DNA from: Macrostomum lignano
Lineage: Eukaryota
DNA length: 64,000 nucleotides
Assembly: GCA_002269645.1 (NCBI GenBank)
Contig: NIVC01001098.1
Location: 248,001-312,000, forward strand
Direction: 5' to 3'
Shown: positions 46,502 through 58,656 of the stretch, piece by piece
Numbering within the stretch: the stretch's first letter is position 1
Layout: every line of letters begins with the position of its first letter
Made by a program: the position numbers and the translations under genes
Notes under the pieces: generated by a model
Database searches by the model: none
Seen by the model: the letters and a program-made list of their open reading frames with translations, nothing else
What the model was told of the DNA's origin: nothing

Positions 46502-49500
46502 TCACGGCCTGCTGGCCATGGCCAACCCGACCGAGCCTTGGGCGGCGGCCATTCTCTCAACAACTGCCGGCCCGAACTTCGCCAGCAGGTAGACCTGTGG
46601 TGTAAGATGGCGGGGTTAGGCTTGCTGCCAGTACTCGTACACTAATTAATGCACAGCATTTTCCTGAAACTGAAATTCTGACAGCCGCGTGATTGGATTC
46701 TAGTGCTGAAGAACAAGTCCGGAGTAAGCTGGCAGAGTGAGCTCATGAGGAGCTAGCTGGTAGGGAGAGCTCATGAGGGGCTAGCTGGTAGAGAGTGAGC
46801 TCATTAGGAGCTAGCTGGTAGGGAGAAAGCTCATGAGGAGCTAGCTGGTAGGGAGAGAGCTCATGAGGAGCTAGCTGGTAGAGAGAGAGCTCATTAGGAG
46901 CTAGCTGGTAGGGAGAGAGCTCATGAGGAGCTAGCTGGTAGAGAGAGAGCTCATGAGGAGCTAGCTGGTAGAGAGAGAGCTCATGAGGAGCTAGCTGGTA
47001 GAGAGAGCGCTCATGAGGAGCTAGCTGGTAGAGAGTGAGCTCATGAGGAGCTAGCTGGTAGAGAGAGAGCTCATGAGGAGCTAGCTGGTAGAGAGAGAGA
47101 GCTCATGAGGAGCTAGCTGGTAGAGAGAGAGAGCTCATGAGGAGCTATCTGGTAGAGAGAGAGCTCATGAGGAGCTAGCTGGTAGAGAGAGAGAGCTCAT
47201 GAGGAGCTAGCTGGTAGGGAGAGAGCTCATGAGGAGCTAGCTGGTAGAGAGAGAGCTCATGAGGAGCTATCTGGTAGAGAGAGCGCTCATGAGGAGCTAG
47301 CTGGTAGAGAGTGAGCTCATGAGGAGCTAGCTGGTAGAGAGTGAGCTCATGGGGAGCTAGCTGGTAGAGAGAGAGAGCTCATGAGGAGCTATCTGGTAGA
47401 GAGAGAGAGCTCATGAGGAGCTAGCTGGTAGAGAGAGTGAGCTCATGAGGAGCTAGCTGGTAGGGAGAGAGCTCATGAGGAGCTAGCTGGTAGAGAGAGA
47501 GAGCTCATGAGGAGCTATCTGGTAGAGAGAGAGAGCTCATGAGGAGCTATCTGGTAGAGAGAGAGAGCTCATGAGGAGCTAGCTGGTAGAGAGAGAGCTC
47601 ATGAGGAGCTATCTGGTAGAGAGAGAGCTCATGAGGAGTTACATGTAGCTGATAGAGTGAGTTGAGTCGGCCCAGACTGAGCACCCGTGCGGCCTCACCT
47701 TGCTTCCGAACACCAGCAGCAGGGTGGTGGTGGCGCACAGGATGATGCAGGCCGCCAGCAAGATGACGCGCAGGTTCTGGCCGGAGTCTGGCAGCACGAA
47801 GAGCAGCGCCACGCCGATCAGCCCCATCACTGTGGTGTTGTACACACAGACTCCGATGGTCTTGGAGTCGTTGAGCGCCTCCAGCTGAACGCCGCGGGTC
47901 TCCCAGGCGAAGATCAGCGCCACCACCAGCATTAGGCCTGGGGTGTCGGTCATGCAGCGGTCATGCAGCGGTCATACATTCAGACAGCAGAGCTTCCCAA
48001 GGCTAAAAGATTCTAAATAATTGCTATCAATAGCCTTAATTCGAAAACTTGACGCCTACCTGCACTCAGCTACCATGCTATGAGTACATTTAACAAGAGC
48101 CAAATCTCCGCCTATGAGGCTGATTTCTCAGCTACCATGCTATGAGTACATTTAACAAGAGCCAAATCTCCGCCTATGAGGCTGATTTCTCAGCTACCAT
48201 GCTATGAGTACATTTAACAAGAGCCAAATCTCCGCCTATGAGGCTGATTTCAATCTCGCGCCTGCAGCGCTGTGGACGCCAACTTCTGCTTTTATCCTCC
48301 CACCTTAGAAATCTATGGCGACGCCCCCTGCACCTGCCAGGCTGCAGGTCAAGAGCTATGCGCTGTCTCTATGGCTTGCATGTACCTTTGATGCCGATGA
48401 GAACGCCGAGCCACACGTTCAGCCGCTCCGATGCGCACTTCGCAACTTCCAGGCGTCGCACGGTGCCGTCCTCCGCCTCCTGGGAAATTCATTCGAACTC
48501 ATTATGAGCAACCTGTTGCTAGCCTTGGCTTTAGAGAAAACCTCTTGGCACTCACGGTTGACGACAGGAAAACCCTCTGCATCTTGAGCGGGTCCGCGAT
48601 TCCCCAGGCGGTCAGGACGATGGCGTCAGTGACCAGCAGCAGCAGGATTACCGCGAATAGGTGCGAGTCCTTGATGGCCTGCGGAAGCGGATGGCCCTTG
48701 TCTGTCCCAGTTCCAATCTCACTCACTCCCGCTTCACTCACTCCCGCTTCACTCACTCCCGCTTCACTCACTCCCGCTTCACTCACTCCCGCTTCACTCA
48801 CTCCCGCTTCACTCACTCCCACTTCACTCCCGCTTCACTCACTCCCACTTCACTCACTCCCACTTCACTCACTCCCACTTCACTCCCGCTTCACTCACTC
48901 CCGCTTCACTCACTCCCTATAGCGACTTTCCTATTCATTTCTTAGTTCACCTTCACTTGTCTCTGTTTACTCTGTTTTCTCTCTCTCTCTCTCTCTCTGT
49001 CTAGCTCAATCTTGTTATTCTTATCTCTCTCTCCCTTGCTGCGTTCTGATTGGCTCTCCGTTCTCGCCTCTTTCCTCAGTCGCGCACTCCACCCCCCTTG
49101 TCTTATCTTGCACCCCTAAAGGTAATGTCATATAATATATCGGTTTGGGCCTTGTGCCCACTTACTGGCTCCTTATTCAATTTAACATCTAATTTAAACG
49201 TAGTGTGTTTACTCTTATTATTTTCTCGACACTCCCACTTCACCCGCTCCCTCTTCACTCTCTCTCTCACTTCAGTCTCCCACTTCACTCACTCCCGCTT
49301 CACTCGCTCCCGCTTCACTCACTCCCGCTTCATTCACTCCCGCTTCACTCACTCCCACTTCTCTCACTCCCGCTTCACTCTCTCCCGCTTCACTCTCTCC
49401 CGCTTTACTCACTCCCGCTCCACTCACTCCCAGTTCACTCGCTCCCTCTTCACTCTCTCTCTCTCACTTCAGTCTCCCACTTCTCTCACTCCAACTTCCC

Positions 49501-52500
49501 TCCCTTCTTCAAATCTTGCACCAAGTTATTCCAAATTCTGTCCCATCAGCCTCTCCCGTTGCATTCCACCAACCATTTTGCGCAGCTTGACGTTGGTGAA
49601 GATGCGGTGCACCCGCCAGGTCTTCGCCAGCATGGCGCCGAAGGCGGCTGAGTAGCCGAGGGTCAGCAGGCCCGTCTGCGCCCAGCACTTCAAGGCGCTA
49701 GTGGACCACTGCGAGTTCGCGGCCATCACAATGCAGGAGGCGTAGCACATGAGGCAGCCAGCGCCAATCACATTGTTCACCAGCGGGCTGCTCATCTTGA
49801 TGAGGCGCAGCTTCCTGTAGTGAAAGTTCACAGCGACCGCCGCCACAGACAGAGCCATGCCCAGCGAGGAGGCTGAGATGATGGAGATGGCGGCCGGCCT
49901 TCCAATCAGCAGGCTGAGAATCTCCACCTGTGGTTCGTCGACTGGAGGCGAGCCGCCTGAACAAATGAATCGGGTGAACCGGCAGGTCAACTGAGGTCAC
50001 AATTGACAGCCACTCCCGCCTGTTTCGTTCCAAGAGGGTGAGGGGTCAGAAAGTGTGGGGAGCTGAGAGACTCGTTAGCGTTCGGGGAATCGGCCGTACC
50101 AGAAAACCAGAGTTCCTTGATCCAGCTGATCCTCCGGCTGATCGGGTCGTACTTGGCCACCAGATCTCGGGTCAGGTCTGAGGGTGGGCAAATTAATAAA
50201 ACTGGACATGCTATGGCGGATGCGATTTCGAAACGAGCGCCTCGTTTTGGCAGCAGTGCGCACTTCTCAGCTGGTAGAACTCCACCTTTGATGACCGGTC
50301 GCCCCGCTCATCGAACTTCACCCGGCTCTGGGAAGGAGAGAATTTGGTTTCGTTTACTGCAATTAGTTTCCCTATGACTCATTCTTCCGCACTTAGTTTC
50401 CCTATGACTCATGCTTCCGCAATTAGTTTCCCTATGACTCATGCTTCCGCAAATAGTTTCCCTATGACTCATGCTTCCGCAAATAGTTTCCCTATGACTC
50501 ATGCTTCCGCACTTAGTTTCCCTATGACTCATGCTTCCGCAATTAGTTTCCCTATGACTCATGCTTCCGCAATTAGTTTCCCTATGACTCATGCTTCCGC
50601 AATTAGTTTCCCTATGACTCATTCTTCCGCACTTAGTTTCCCTATGACTCATGCTTCCGCAATTAGTTTCCCTATGACTCATGCTTCCGCAATTAGTTTC
50701 CGTATGACTCATGCTTCCGCAAACAGTTTCCCTATGACTCATGCTTCCGCACTTAGTTTCCCTATGACTCATGCTTCCGCAATTAGTTTCCCTATGACTC
50801 ATGCTTCCGCAAATAGTTTCCCTATGACTCATGCTTCCGCACTTAGTTTCCCTATGACTCATGCTTCCGCAATTAGTTTCCCTATGACTCATGCTTCCGC
50901 ACTTAGTTTCCCTATGACTCATTCTTCCGCACTTAGTTTCCCTATGACTCATGCTTCCGCACTTAGTTTCCCTATGACTCATGCTTCCGCACTTAGTTTC
51001 CCTATGACTCATGCTTCCGCAAATAGTTTCCCTATGACTCATGCTTCCGCACTTAGTTTCCCTATGACTCATGCTTCCGCACTTAGTTTCCCTATGACTC
51101 ATGCTTCCGCACTTAGTTTCCCTATGACTCATGCTTCCGCAATTAGTTTCCGTATGACTCATGCTTCCGCAAATAGTTTCTCTATGGCTCATGCTTCCGC
51201 AATTATGCTTTCGCAATCTATGACTCATGCTTCCGCAATTATGACTCATGCTTCCGCAATGACTCATGCTTCCGCAAATGACTCATGCTTCCGCAAATAG
51301 TTTCCCTATGACTCATGCTTCCGCAAATAGTTTCCCTATGACTCATGCTTCCGCAATTAGTTTCTCTATGACTCATGCTTCCGCAATTAGTTTCTCTATG
51401 ACTCATGCTTCCGCAATTAGTTTCCGTATGACTCATGCTTCCGCAAATAGTTTCCCTATGACTCATGCTTCCGCAAACAGTTTCCCTATGACTCATGCTT
51501 CCGCAATTAGTTTCCCTATGACTCATGCTTCCGATTGCAACTCGAGTAGACCTGTCACACAGCTCACCGATAGTCCCAGGAAGTCCAGCCGCGTGAGACT
51601 GGCGAACAGCTCGGCCTTGAATGACGAGTTCGCCAGCTGCACGGCCTCCGTGTATTCAGAGCGCTGCAGCGTCTCGTTGAGGGCCAGCGCCGTGCTCATC
51701 AGCGAGTCGAACCGGACGTCGAACCCGCCGACACCCTTCGTTGTCGCCGAGGAGGCAATAGACGGAAACATGGCCAGCAGATCAGGGTACAGCTGCATGC
51801 TGTTCTGCAGGGATTGGGAGGCTGCTAATGATGATGAGCTGCATGCTGTTCTGCAGGGATTGGGAGGCTGCTAATGATGATGAGCTGCATGCTGTTCTGC
51901 GGGGATTGGGAGGCTGCTAATGATGATGAGCTGCAGGGATTGGGAGGCTGCTAATGATGATGAGCTGCATGCTGTTCTGCAGGGATTGGGAGGCTGCTAA
52001 TGATGATGAGCTGCATGCTGTTCTGCAGGGATTGGGAGGCTGCTAATGATGATGAGCTGCATGCTGTTCTGCGGGGATTGGGAGGCTGCTAATGATGATG
52101 AGCTGCAGGGATTGGGAGGCTGCTAATGATGATGAGCTGCATGCTGTTCTGCAGGGATTGGGAGGCTGCTAATGATGATGAGCTGCATGCTGTTCTGCAG
52201 GGATTGGGAGGCTGCTAATGATGATGAGCTGCATGCTGTTCTGCGGGGATTGGGAGGCTGCTAATGATGATGAGCTGCAGGGATTGGGAGGCTGCTAATG
52301 ATGATGAGCTGCATGCTGTTCTGCAGGGATTGGGAGGCTGCTAATGATGATGAGCTGCATGCTGTTCTGCAGGGATTGGGAGGCTGCTAATGATGATGAG
52401 CTGCATGCTGTTCTGCGGGGATTGGGAGGCTGCTAATGATGATGAGCTGCAGGGATTGGGAGGCTGCTAATGATGATGAGCTGCATGCTGTTCTGCAGGG

Positions 52501-55500
52501 ATTGGGAGGCTGCTAATGATGATGAGCTGCATGCTGTTCTGCAGGGATTGGGAGGCTGCTAATGATGATGAGCTGCATTCTGTTCTGCGGGGATTGGGAG
52601 GCTGCTAATGATGATGAGCTGCAGGGATTGGGAGGCTGCTAATGATGATGAGCTGCAGGGATTGGGAGGCTGCTAATGATGATGAGCTGCAGGGATTTGG
52701 AGGCTGCTAATGATGATGAGCTGCAGGGATTGGGAGGCTGCTAATGATGATGAGCTGCATGCTGTTCTGCAGGGATTGGGAGGCTGCTAATGATGATGAG
52801 CTGCATGCTGTTCTGCAGGGATTGGGAGGCTGCTAATGATGATGAGCTGCATGCTGTTCTGCGGGGATTGGGAGGCTGCTAATGATGATGAGCTGCAGGG
52901 ATTGGGAGGCTGCTAATGATGATGAGCTGCAGGGATTGGGAGGCTGCTAATGATGATGAGCTGCAGGGATTTGGAGGCTGCTAATGATGATGAGCTGCAG
53001 GGATTGGGAGGCTGCTAATGATGATGAGCTGCAGGGATTTGGAGGCTGCTAATGATGATGAGCTGCAGGGATTTGGAGGCTGCTAATGATGATGAGCTGC
53101 AGGGATTGGGAGGCTGCTAATGATGATGAGCTGCAGGGATTGGGAGGCTGCTAATGATGATGAGCTGCAGGGATTGGGAGGCTGCTAATGATGATGAGCT
53201 GCAGGGATTGGGAGGCTGCTAATGATGATGAGCTGCAGGGATTGGGAGGCTGCTAATGATGAGCTGTATGTCGCGCGCAAGGAACCTGCATCTGCAATTC
53301 TGTTTTTAGCCAAGCTCTGCCCACCTTCTCCGCAATGCCGATCTGCGACTCGATGATGCTCGGGTCCAGAACGGCGCTGTCGAATTCGATGGAGCCCTCC
53401 AGACTCTGCGCCCTGTCAGCGTCCGGGCAGGAGCCGGGAAATGCTCTGGTGGTGTACGGAAACCCCATCTGGATGAGGAAGTACTTCGGTCCGTAGAGGC
53501 CCATTGACTTCAGCTGTAATTGAATTTGGATGCACTAATTCCAAGTTGTTCAGGTTATCTGCTGAAATTTCGCTTGAGTCACTTCGAATTCGAAACGTCG
53601 AATTTCTCAAAAGTGAATTTGTGACTCACTGCATCTCGAATTTCTTAATAACACAATTGTGACTCTCAAACTTGTTGGTCAGTTGGAGACAAACAGAAAG
53701 CACTTCACCATTTCGGTGTTGCGTCATTTTTAATTCTAGAGCAGGAGGTATTCGAGCTGCTCACCAGGCATTCAAATCTTTTCCCAGCAGCTTCCGTAGT
53801 CGCCATGCGAATGACAATCATGATGCGAAGGTCGTTCATCTGCAAGGGGCGCACGGAACTGCAGCTCAGGGAGAAAGGGGGCGGTCAGGCTGAACTTCTC
53901 AACAGCTCAAAGCAGCTCCATCAGATTCGACTCACCAGCACGCTTCTGAGCGCATTTGTGGGGTCGCTGCCGAAAATGATCTTCGTGTACGAGGTCAGGT
54001 TGTTCTTGATCAGCGCGGCCTCGAAATCCTCGGTGGACTGCCGGTGAGCAGGCGGGGCGCTGGACACTTAAGGGCAAGCATGGGTCTGGTGGCTGGGTCT
54101 GGTGGCTGGGTCTGGTGGCTGGGTCTGGGGGCTGGGTCTGGTGGCTGGGTCTGGTGGCTGGGTCTGGTGGCTGGGTCTGGTGGCTGGGTCTGGTGGCTGG
54201 GTCTGGTGGCTGAGTCTAGTTGACTGAGTCTAGGTGGTTGGGTCCAGGTGGCTGAGTCTAGGTGGCTGAGTCCAGGTGGTTGGGTCCAGGTGGCTGAGTC
54301 TAGGTGGCTGAGTCTAGTTGGCTGAGTCTAGGTGGCTGAGTCTAGGTGGCTGGGTCTAGGTGGCTGGGTCTAGGTGGCTGGGTCTAGGTGGCTGAGTCTA
54401 GGTGGCTGAGTCTAGGTGGCTGAGTCTAGGTGGCTGAGTCCAGGTGGTTGGGTCCAGGTGGCTGAGTCCAGGTGGTTGGGTCCAGGTGGCTGAGTCTAGG
54501 TGGCTGAGTCTAGTTGGCTGAGTCTAGGTGGCTGAGTCTAGGTGGCTGGGTCTAGGTGGCTGGGTCTAGGTGGCTGAGTCTAGATAAGATGGCGGCACTG
54601 GGCCAGGTCAGGTCAAAGCCAGGGTGCCTACGCCCCTTTGTGCAACCGTTGGTGGATCAGCTCACCGAGTACACCAGGTCCGAGTCGGAGGTGAGCAGGC
54701 CGAACTGCTCCCAGTTGTAGCGCTTCAGCAGGGTGATGGTCGGATCCACAAACAGGCTGGATGTGACGGACATGCGGAAGTAGAACGGGTACTTTGACCG
54801 GTCGCTCAGCGTTGGCGAGACATTCGAGTAGCCGATCTGAAATTCGGGTCACAGATTTGAGTAGCGAGACAAGAATGTGAGGCAAATTCTTATCCGTGAT
54901 AGCGGCTCGAGACACATTAATACTGTTTATAAGTGTAGTAATTCTGAGCCTCACCTGCGGCAGGTAGTAATACTGAGCGATGTCTGCCACGATCTGCGAC
55001 TGCTGCGAGAACGCGGCCCCAAGCAGCAGTGCCTTATTGGGCGGCCGCAGGTAGCCGTCCATGAAGGCCTTCGCGGCGCTGCCCGTCCCGAACTGCGGGT
55101 GGGAGAATGTGAGCGAGTTTTTTACGACCGCATTTGCTTTGCGGAGATGGAAAAATACAGAAATACTCGATAATTTGGTTGGCGTAGTGCCCCTCCTTCA
55201 CAGCAGGAGTGGCGTCCCTTCACAGCAGGTGTGGCGCCCCTTTCACAGGTGTGGTGCCCCTTCACAGCAGGTGTGGCGCCCCTTCACAGCAGGTGTGGCG
55301 CCCCTTCACAGCAGGTGTGGCGCCCCTTCACAGCAGGTGTGGCGCCCCTTTCACAGGTGTGGCGCCCCTTTCACAGCAGGTGTGGCGCCCCTTTCACAGG
55401 TGTGGCGCCCCTTTCACAGCAGGTGTGGCGCCCCTTTACAGCAGGTGTGGCGCCCCTTCACAGCACGAGTGGCGCCCCTTTCACAGCAGGTGTGGCGCTC

Positions 55501-55901
55501 CTTCACGAAATGTGTGCCGACCCCTCTCACAGCAGGCTTGGCACCCCTAGTGCTGGGGCCCCTGACTGTTCAGACTGTCACTCGAAGGCATGATGAAGTT
55601 GAAGCAGCTGGAGCCTGAGAACAAGGATTGCGGGATGAAAGCTACAAACATCCTGCGACAATCACCGCAGCCTCACCCCATCAGCAGCAGTATAGGTGAT
55701 GTTGAGCTCAAAGCCGGGGAACAGGTGGCTCAGGTTGCCGTTAATGTAGCTGGCAGAGAACTCCATGTACTCAATGTCGGGCCAGCTGAAGCTGCCTTCC
55801 GTAGTGACGCAGAGCAGGTGCACCCGCTGGCGCTGTGCCAAGCCCGGCCTTGGGAGCAGCGTCAGCAGCAGCAGCAGCAGCAACGGTCTCAGGCAGCTCA
55901 T
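46502..55901 (-). CDS. GABA-B-type class C GPCR (Venus flytrap plus 7TM), ~736 aa
   Basis: 14 exons, all GT-AG and phase-consistent: 55901-55677, 55092-54955, 54836-54666, 54037-53936, 53839-53765, 53513-53325, 51804-51568, 50327-50264, 50177-50100, 49956-49574, 48678-48556, 48479-48386, 47937-47699, 46594-46502. Signal peptide, SPTLSDRSKYPFYFR, LYGPKY, ALALNETL, GGSPPVD, IKMSSPLVNNVI, AKTWRVHRIF, AWETR..ALNDSK.IG..VYN. Confidence 0.92.
46735..47640. repeat. ~30-bp minisatellite in GPCR intron 13
   Basis: Unit gagctcatgaggagctagctggtaga(ga)n. Confidence 0.95.
48062..48250. repeat. ~62-bp tandem repeat, 3 copies, GPCR intron 12
   Basis: Unit ctcagctaccatgctatgagtacatttaacaagagccaaatctccgcctatgaggctgattt. 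Confidence 0.93.
48715..49500. repeat. 15-bp cactcactcccgctt blocks flanking copy B of the 300-bp interspersed repeat (48934-49230)
   Basis: Blocks at ~48715-48915 and ~49230-49500 in GPCR intron 10. Confidence 0.85.
50350..51535. repeat. 30-bp minisatellite in GPCR intron 7
   Basis: Unit aattagtttccctatgactcatgcttccgc. Confidence 0.97.
51805..53262. repeat. 46/34-bp minisatellite in GPCR intron 6 containing the exon 7 acceptor and exon start
   Basis: Long unit ctgcatgctgttctgcagggattgggaggctgctaatgatgatgag; the short unit lacks the first 12 nt. Confidence 0.97.
54080..54585. repeat. 13/14-bp minisatellites in GPCR intron 3
   Basis: ggctgggtctggt then ggctgagtctaggt. Confidence 0.94.
55205..55520. 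repeat. ~20-23-bp minisatellite in GPCR intron 1
   Basis: Unit ccctttcacagcaggtgtggcgc. Confidence 0.92.
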
Positions 55902-56264
55902 GACAGCTCGGCAACTCCCTGCCGCCGCCTGCGCCCGCCTATTTATTCATTCACCTCGGTGCGAAGATGCGAGCGGGCAGGACGGGGGCTCCGCAATCAG
56001 TGAGCCTCAAGCAGCCTCGAGCTCCGCAATCAGGCTCGATTGATGCCTACTTGAGCCACCGAGCTGCGGATTCGAATAGCGGGACCGAGCCTCGCTAATA
56101 GCCATCATTTTCTGCGCTAAGCAGCCCGCTGCGCACCTGGGCTCCGACTCGGACCTGTCTTGACGCACTGACAAAAATATTTCTGAGTGACTTGCAGAAA
56201 AATTGAAATAAAAACATGCATCGATCGCAAAGTTGAGATTGACTCAAGCTTTGAAACGCTCTGT

Positions 56265-58137
56265 TGCCAGGGCCATTTACCCTGCTGCCAGTGCCATTCC
56301 CCTACTGCCAGGGCCATTCCCCTGCTGCCAGTGCCATCCCCTGCTGCCAGTGCCATCCCCTGCTGCCAGTGCCATTCCCCTACTGCCAGGGCCACTTACC
56401 CTGCTGCCAATGCCATTCCCCTACTGCCAGGGCCACTTACCCTGCTGCCAATGCCATTCCCCTGCTGCCAGTGCCATCCCCTGCTGCCAGTGCCATTCCC
56501 CTGCTGCCAGTGCCATTCCCCTGCTGCCAGTGCCATTCCCCTGCTGCCAATGCCATTCCCCTGCTGCCAGTGCCATTCCCCTACTGCCAGTGCCATTCCC
56601 CTACTGCCAGTGCCATCCCCTGCTGCCAGTGCCATCCCCCTGCTGCCAGTGCCATTCCCCTACTGCCAGTGCCATCCCCCTGCTGCCAGTGCCATCCCCC
56701 TGCTGCCAGTGCCATTCCCCTGCTGCCAGTGCCATTCCCCTGCTGCTAGTGCCATTCCCCTGCTGCCAGTGCCACCCCCCTGCTGCCAGTGCCATCCCCC
56801 TGCTGCCAGTGCCATTCCCCCTGCTGCCAGTGCCATCCCCCTGCTACCAGTGCCACCCCCCTGCTGCCAATGCCATTCCCCTACTGCCAGGGCCATTCCC
56901 CTGCTGCCAGTGCCATTCCCCTGCTGCCAGTGCCATTCCCCTACTGCCAGTGCCATCCCCTGCTGCCAGTGCCATCCCCCTGCTGCCAGTGCCATTCCCC
57001 TACTGCCAGTGCCATCCCCCTGCTGCCAGTGCCATCCCCCTGCTGCCAGTGCCATTCCCCTGCTGCCAGTGCCATTCCCCTGCTGCTAGTGCCATTCCCC
57101 TGCTGCCAGTGCCACCCCCCTGCTGCCAGTGCCATCCCCCTGCTGCCAGTGCCATTCCCCTGCTGCCAGTGCCATCCCCCTGCTACCAGTGCCACCCCCC
57201 TGCTGCCAATGCCATTCCCCTACTGCCAGGGCCATTCCCCTGCTGCCAGTGCCATTCCCCTGCTGCCAGTGCCATTCCCCTGCTGCCAATGCCATTCCCC
57301 TGCTGCCAGTGCCATTCCCCTGCTGCCAGTGCCATCCCCCTGCTGCCACTGCCATTCCCCTGCTGCTAGTGCCATTCCCCTGCTGCCAGTGCCACCCCCC
57401 TGCTGCCAGTGCCATCCCCCTGCTGCCAGTGCCATTCCCCCTGCTGCCAGTGCCATCCCCCCTGCTACCAGTGCCACCCCCCTGCTGCCAATGCCATTCC
57501 CCTACTGCCAGGGCCATTCCCCTGCTGCCAGTGCCATTCCCCTGCTGCCAGTGCCATTCCCCTGCTGCCAATGCCATTCCCCTGCTGCCAGTGCCATTCC
57601 CCTGCTGCCAGTGCCATCCCCCTGCTGCCACTGCCATTCCCCCTGCTGCCAGTGCCATTCCCCCTGCTGCCAGTGCAATCCCCCTGCTGCCAGTGCCATC
57701 CCCCTGCTGCCACTGCCATTCCCCCTGCTGCCAGTGCCATTCCCCCTGCTGCCAGTGCCACCCCCCTGCTGCCAGTGCCATTCCCCTACTGCCAGTGCCA
57801 TTCCCCCTGCTGCCAGTGCCATCCCCCTGCTGCCAGTGCCATCCCCCTGCTGCCAGTGCCATTCCCCTGCTGCCAATGCCATTCCCCTACTGCCAGGGCC
57901 ATTCCCCTGCTGCCAGTGCCATTCCCCTGCTGCCAGTGCCATTCCCCTGCTGCCAGTGCCATTCCCCTGCTGCCAGTGCCATCCCCCTGCTGCCAGTGCC
58001 ATTCCCCCTGCTGCCAGTGCCATTCCCCTACTGCCAGTGCCATTCCCCCTGCTGCCAGTGCAATCCCCCTGCTGCCAGTGCCATTCCCCTGCTGCCAGTG
58101 CCATTCCCCTGCTGCTAGTGCCATTCCCCTGCTGCCA
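56265..58137. repeat. 1.9-kb 20/21-bp minisatellite between the divergent GPCR and PAN-mucin genes
   Basis: Unit ccctgctgccagtgccattc(c). Confidence 0.98.
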
Positions 58138-58656
58138 TAAATTTTCATTTAGCTCAGCACACCTGTGTCAGTTTCATTTAGATCCTAAATGCATCTTTAG
58201 GACCGGACTGGCAGCCTCAGTGACTGCCATCGCTTTTTGCCTTTGTCAGCAGCCATTGTTTCAACAGGATGCTTTGGCCGGAAGTGCCGGCACAGCCCTC
58301 ACCGCCTTCCAGTGGTGTTCCATCGGAGCGCCAACAAGATGGCAAGGATAAACTCGAGAAAAGCGACGCATGAGCTTCCTGATCTGAGCGTCGAAGAAGA
58401 ATGTTGAGCTTTCAAACGGACTGACGGGTAGAAGGAAGACTCCTTAAAAACTGCAGCGTCAATTTTTTATCCTTTCGGAGACCGGGGTACCATCTGTACT
58501 TGGTAGTTTCCTCCTTGGCGTGCCATCTGCCTTTTCGGCCCAATGGCATGCACAGCTGCTCTGGAGGCTCCGGGCAGATGTGCGCTCCTACATGTATTTA
58601 AATGGCGCTCAAAGCAGAAGCATACAGAAATTTTCTCCCGACAAGCCAGCAGCAGA

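Noticed and set aside
50308-51300. CGSMSHRET and FPMTHASA repeat ORFs
   Set aside because: Translations of the 30-bp intronic repeat of the GPCR gene.
56187-58351. Cys/Pro-rich and Trp/Gly-rich ORFs (CCQCHSP, GWHWQQG)
   Set aside because: Translations of a 20/21-bp minisatellite, open in many frames, with no unique coding sequence or signal peptide.
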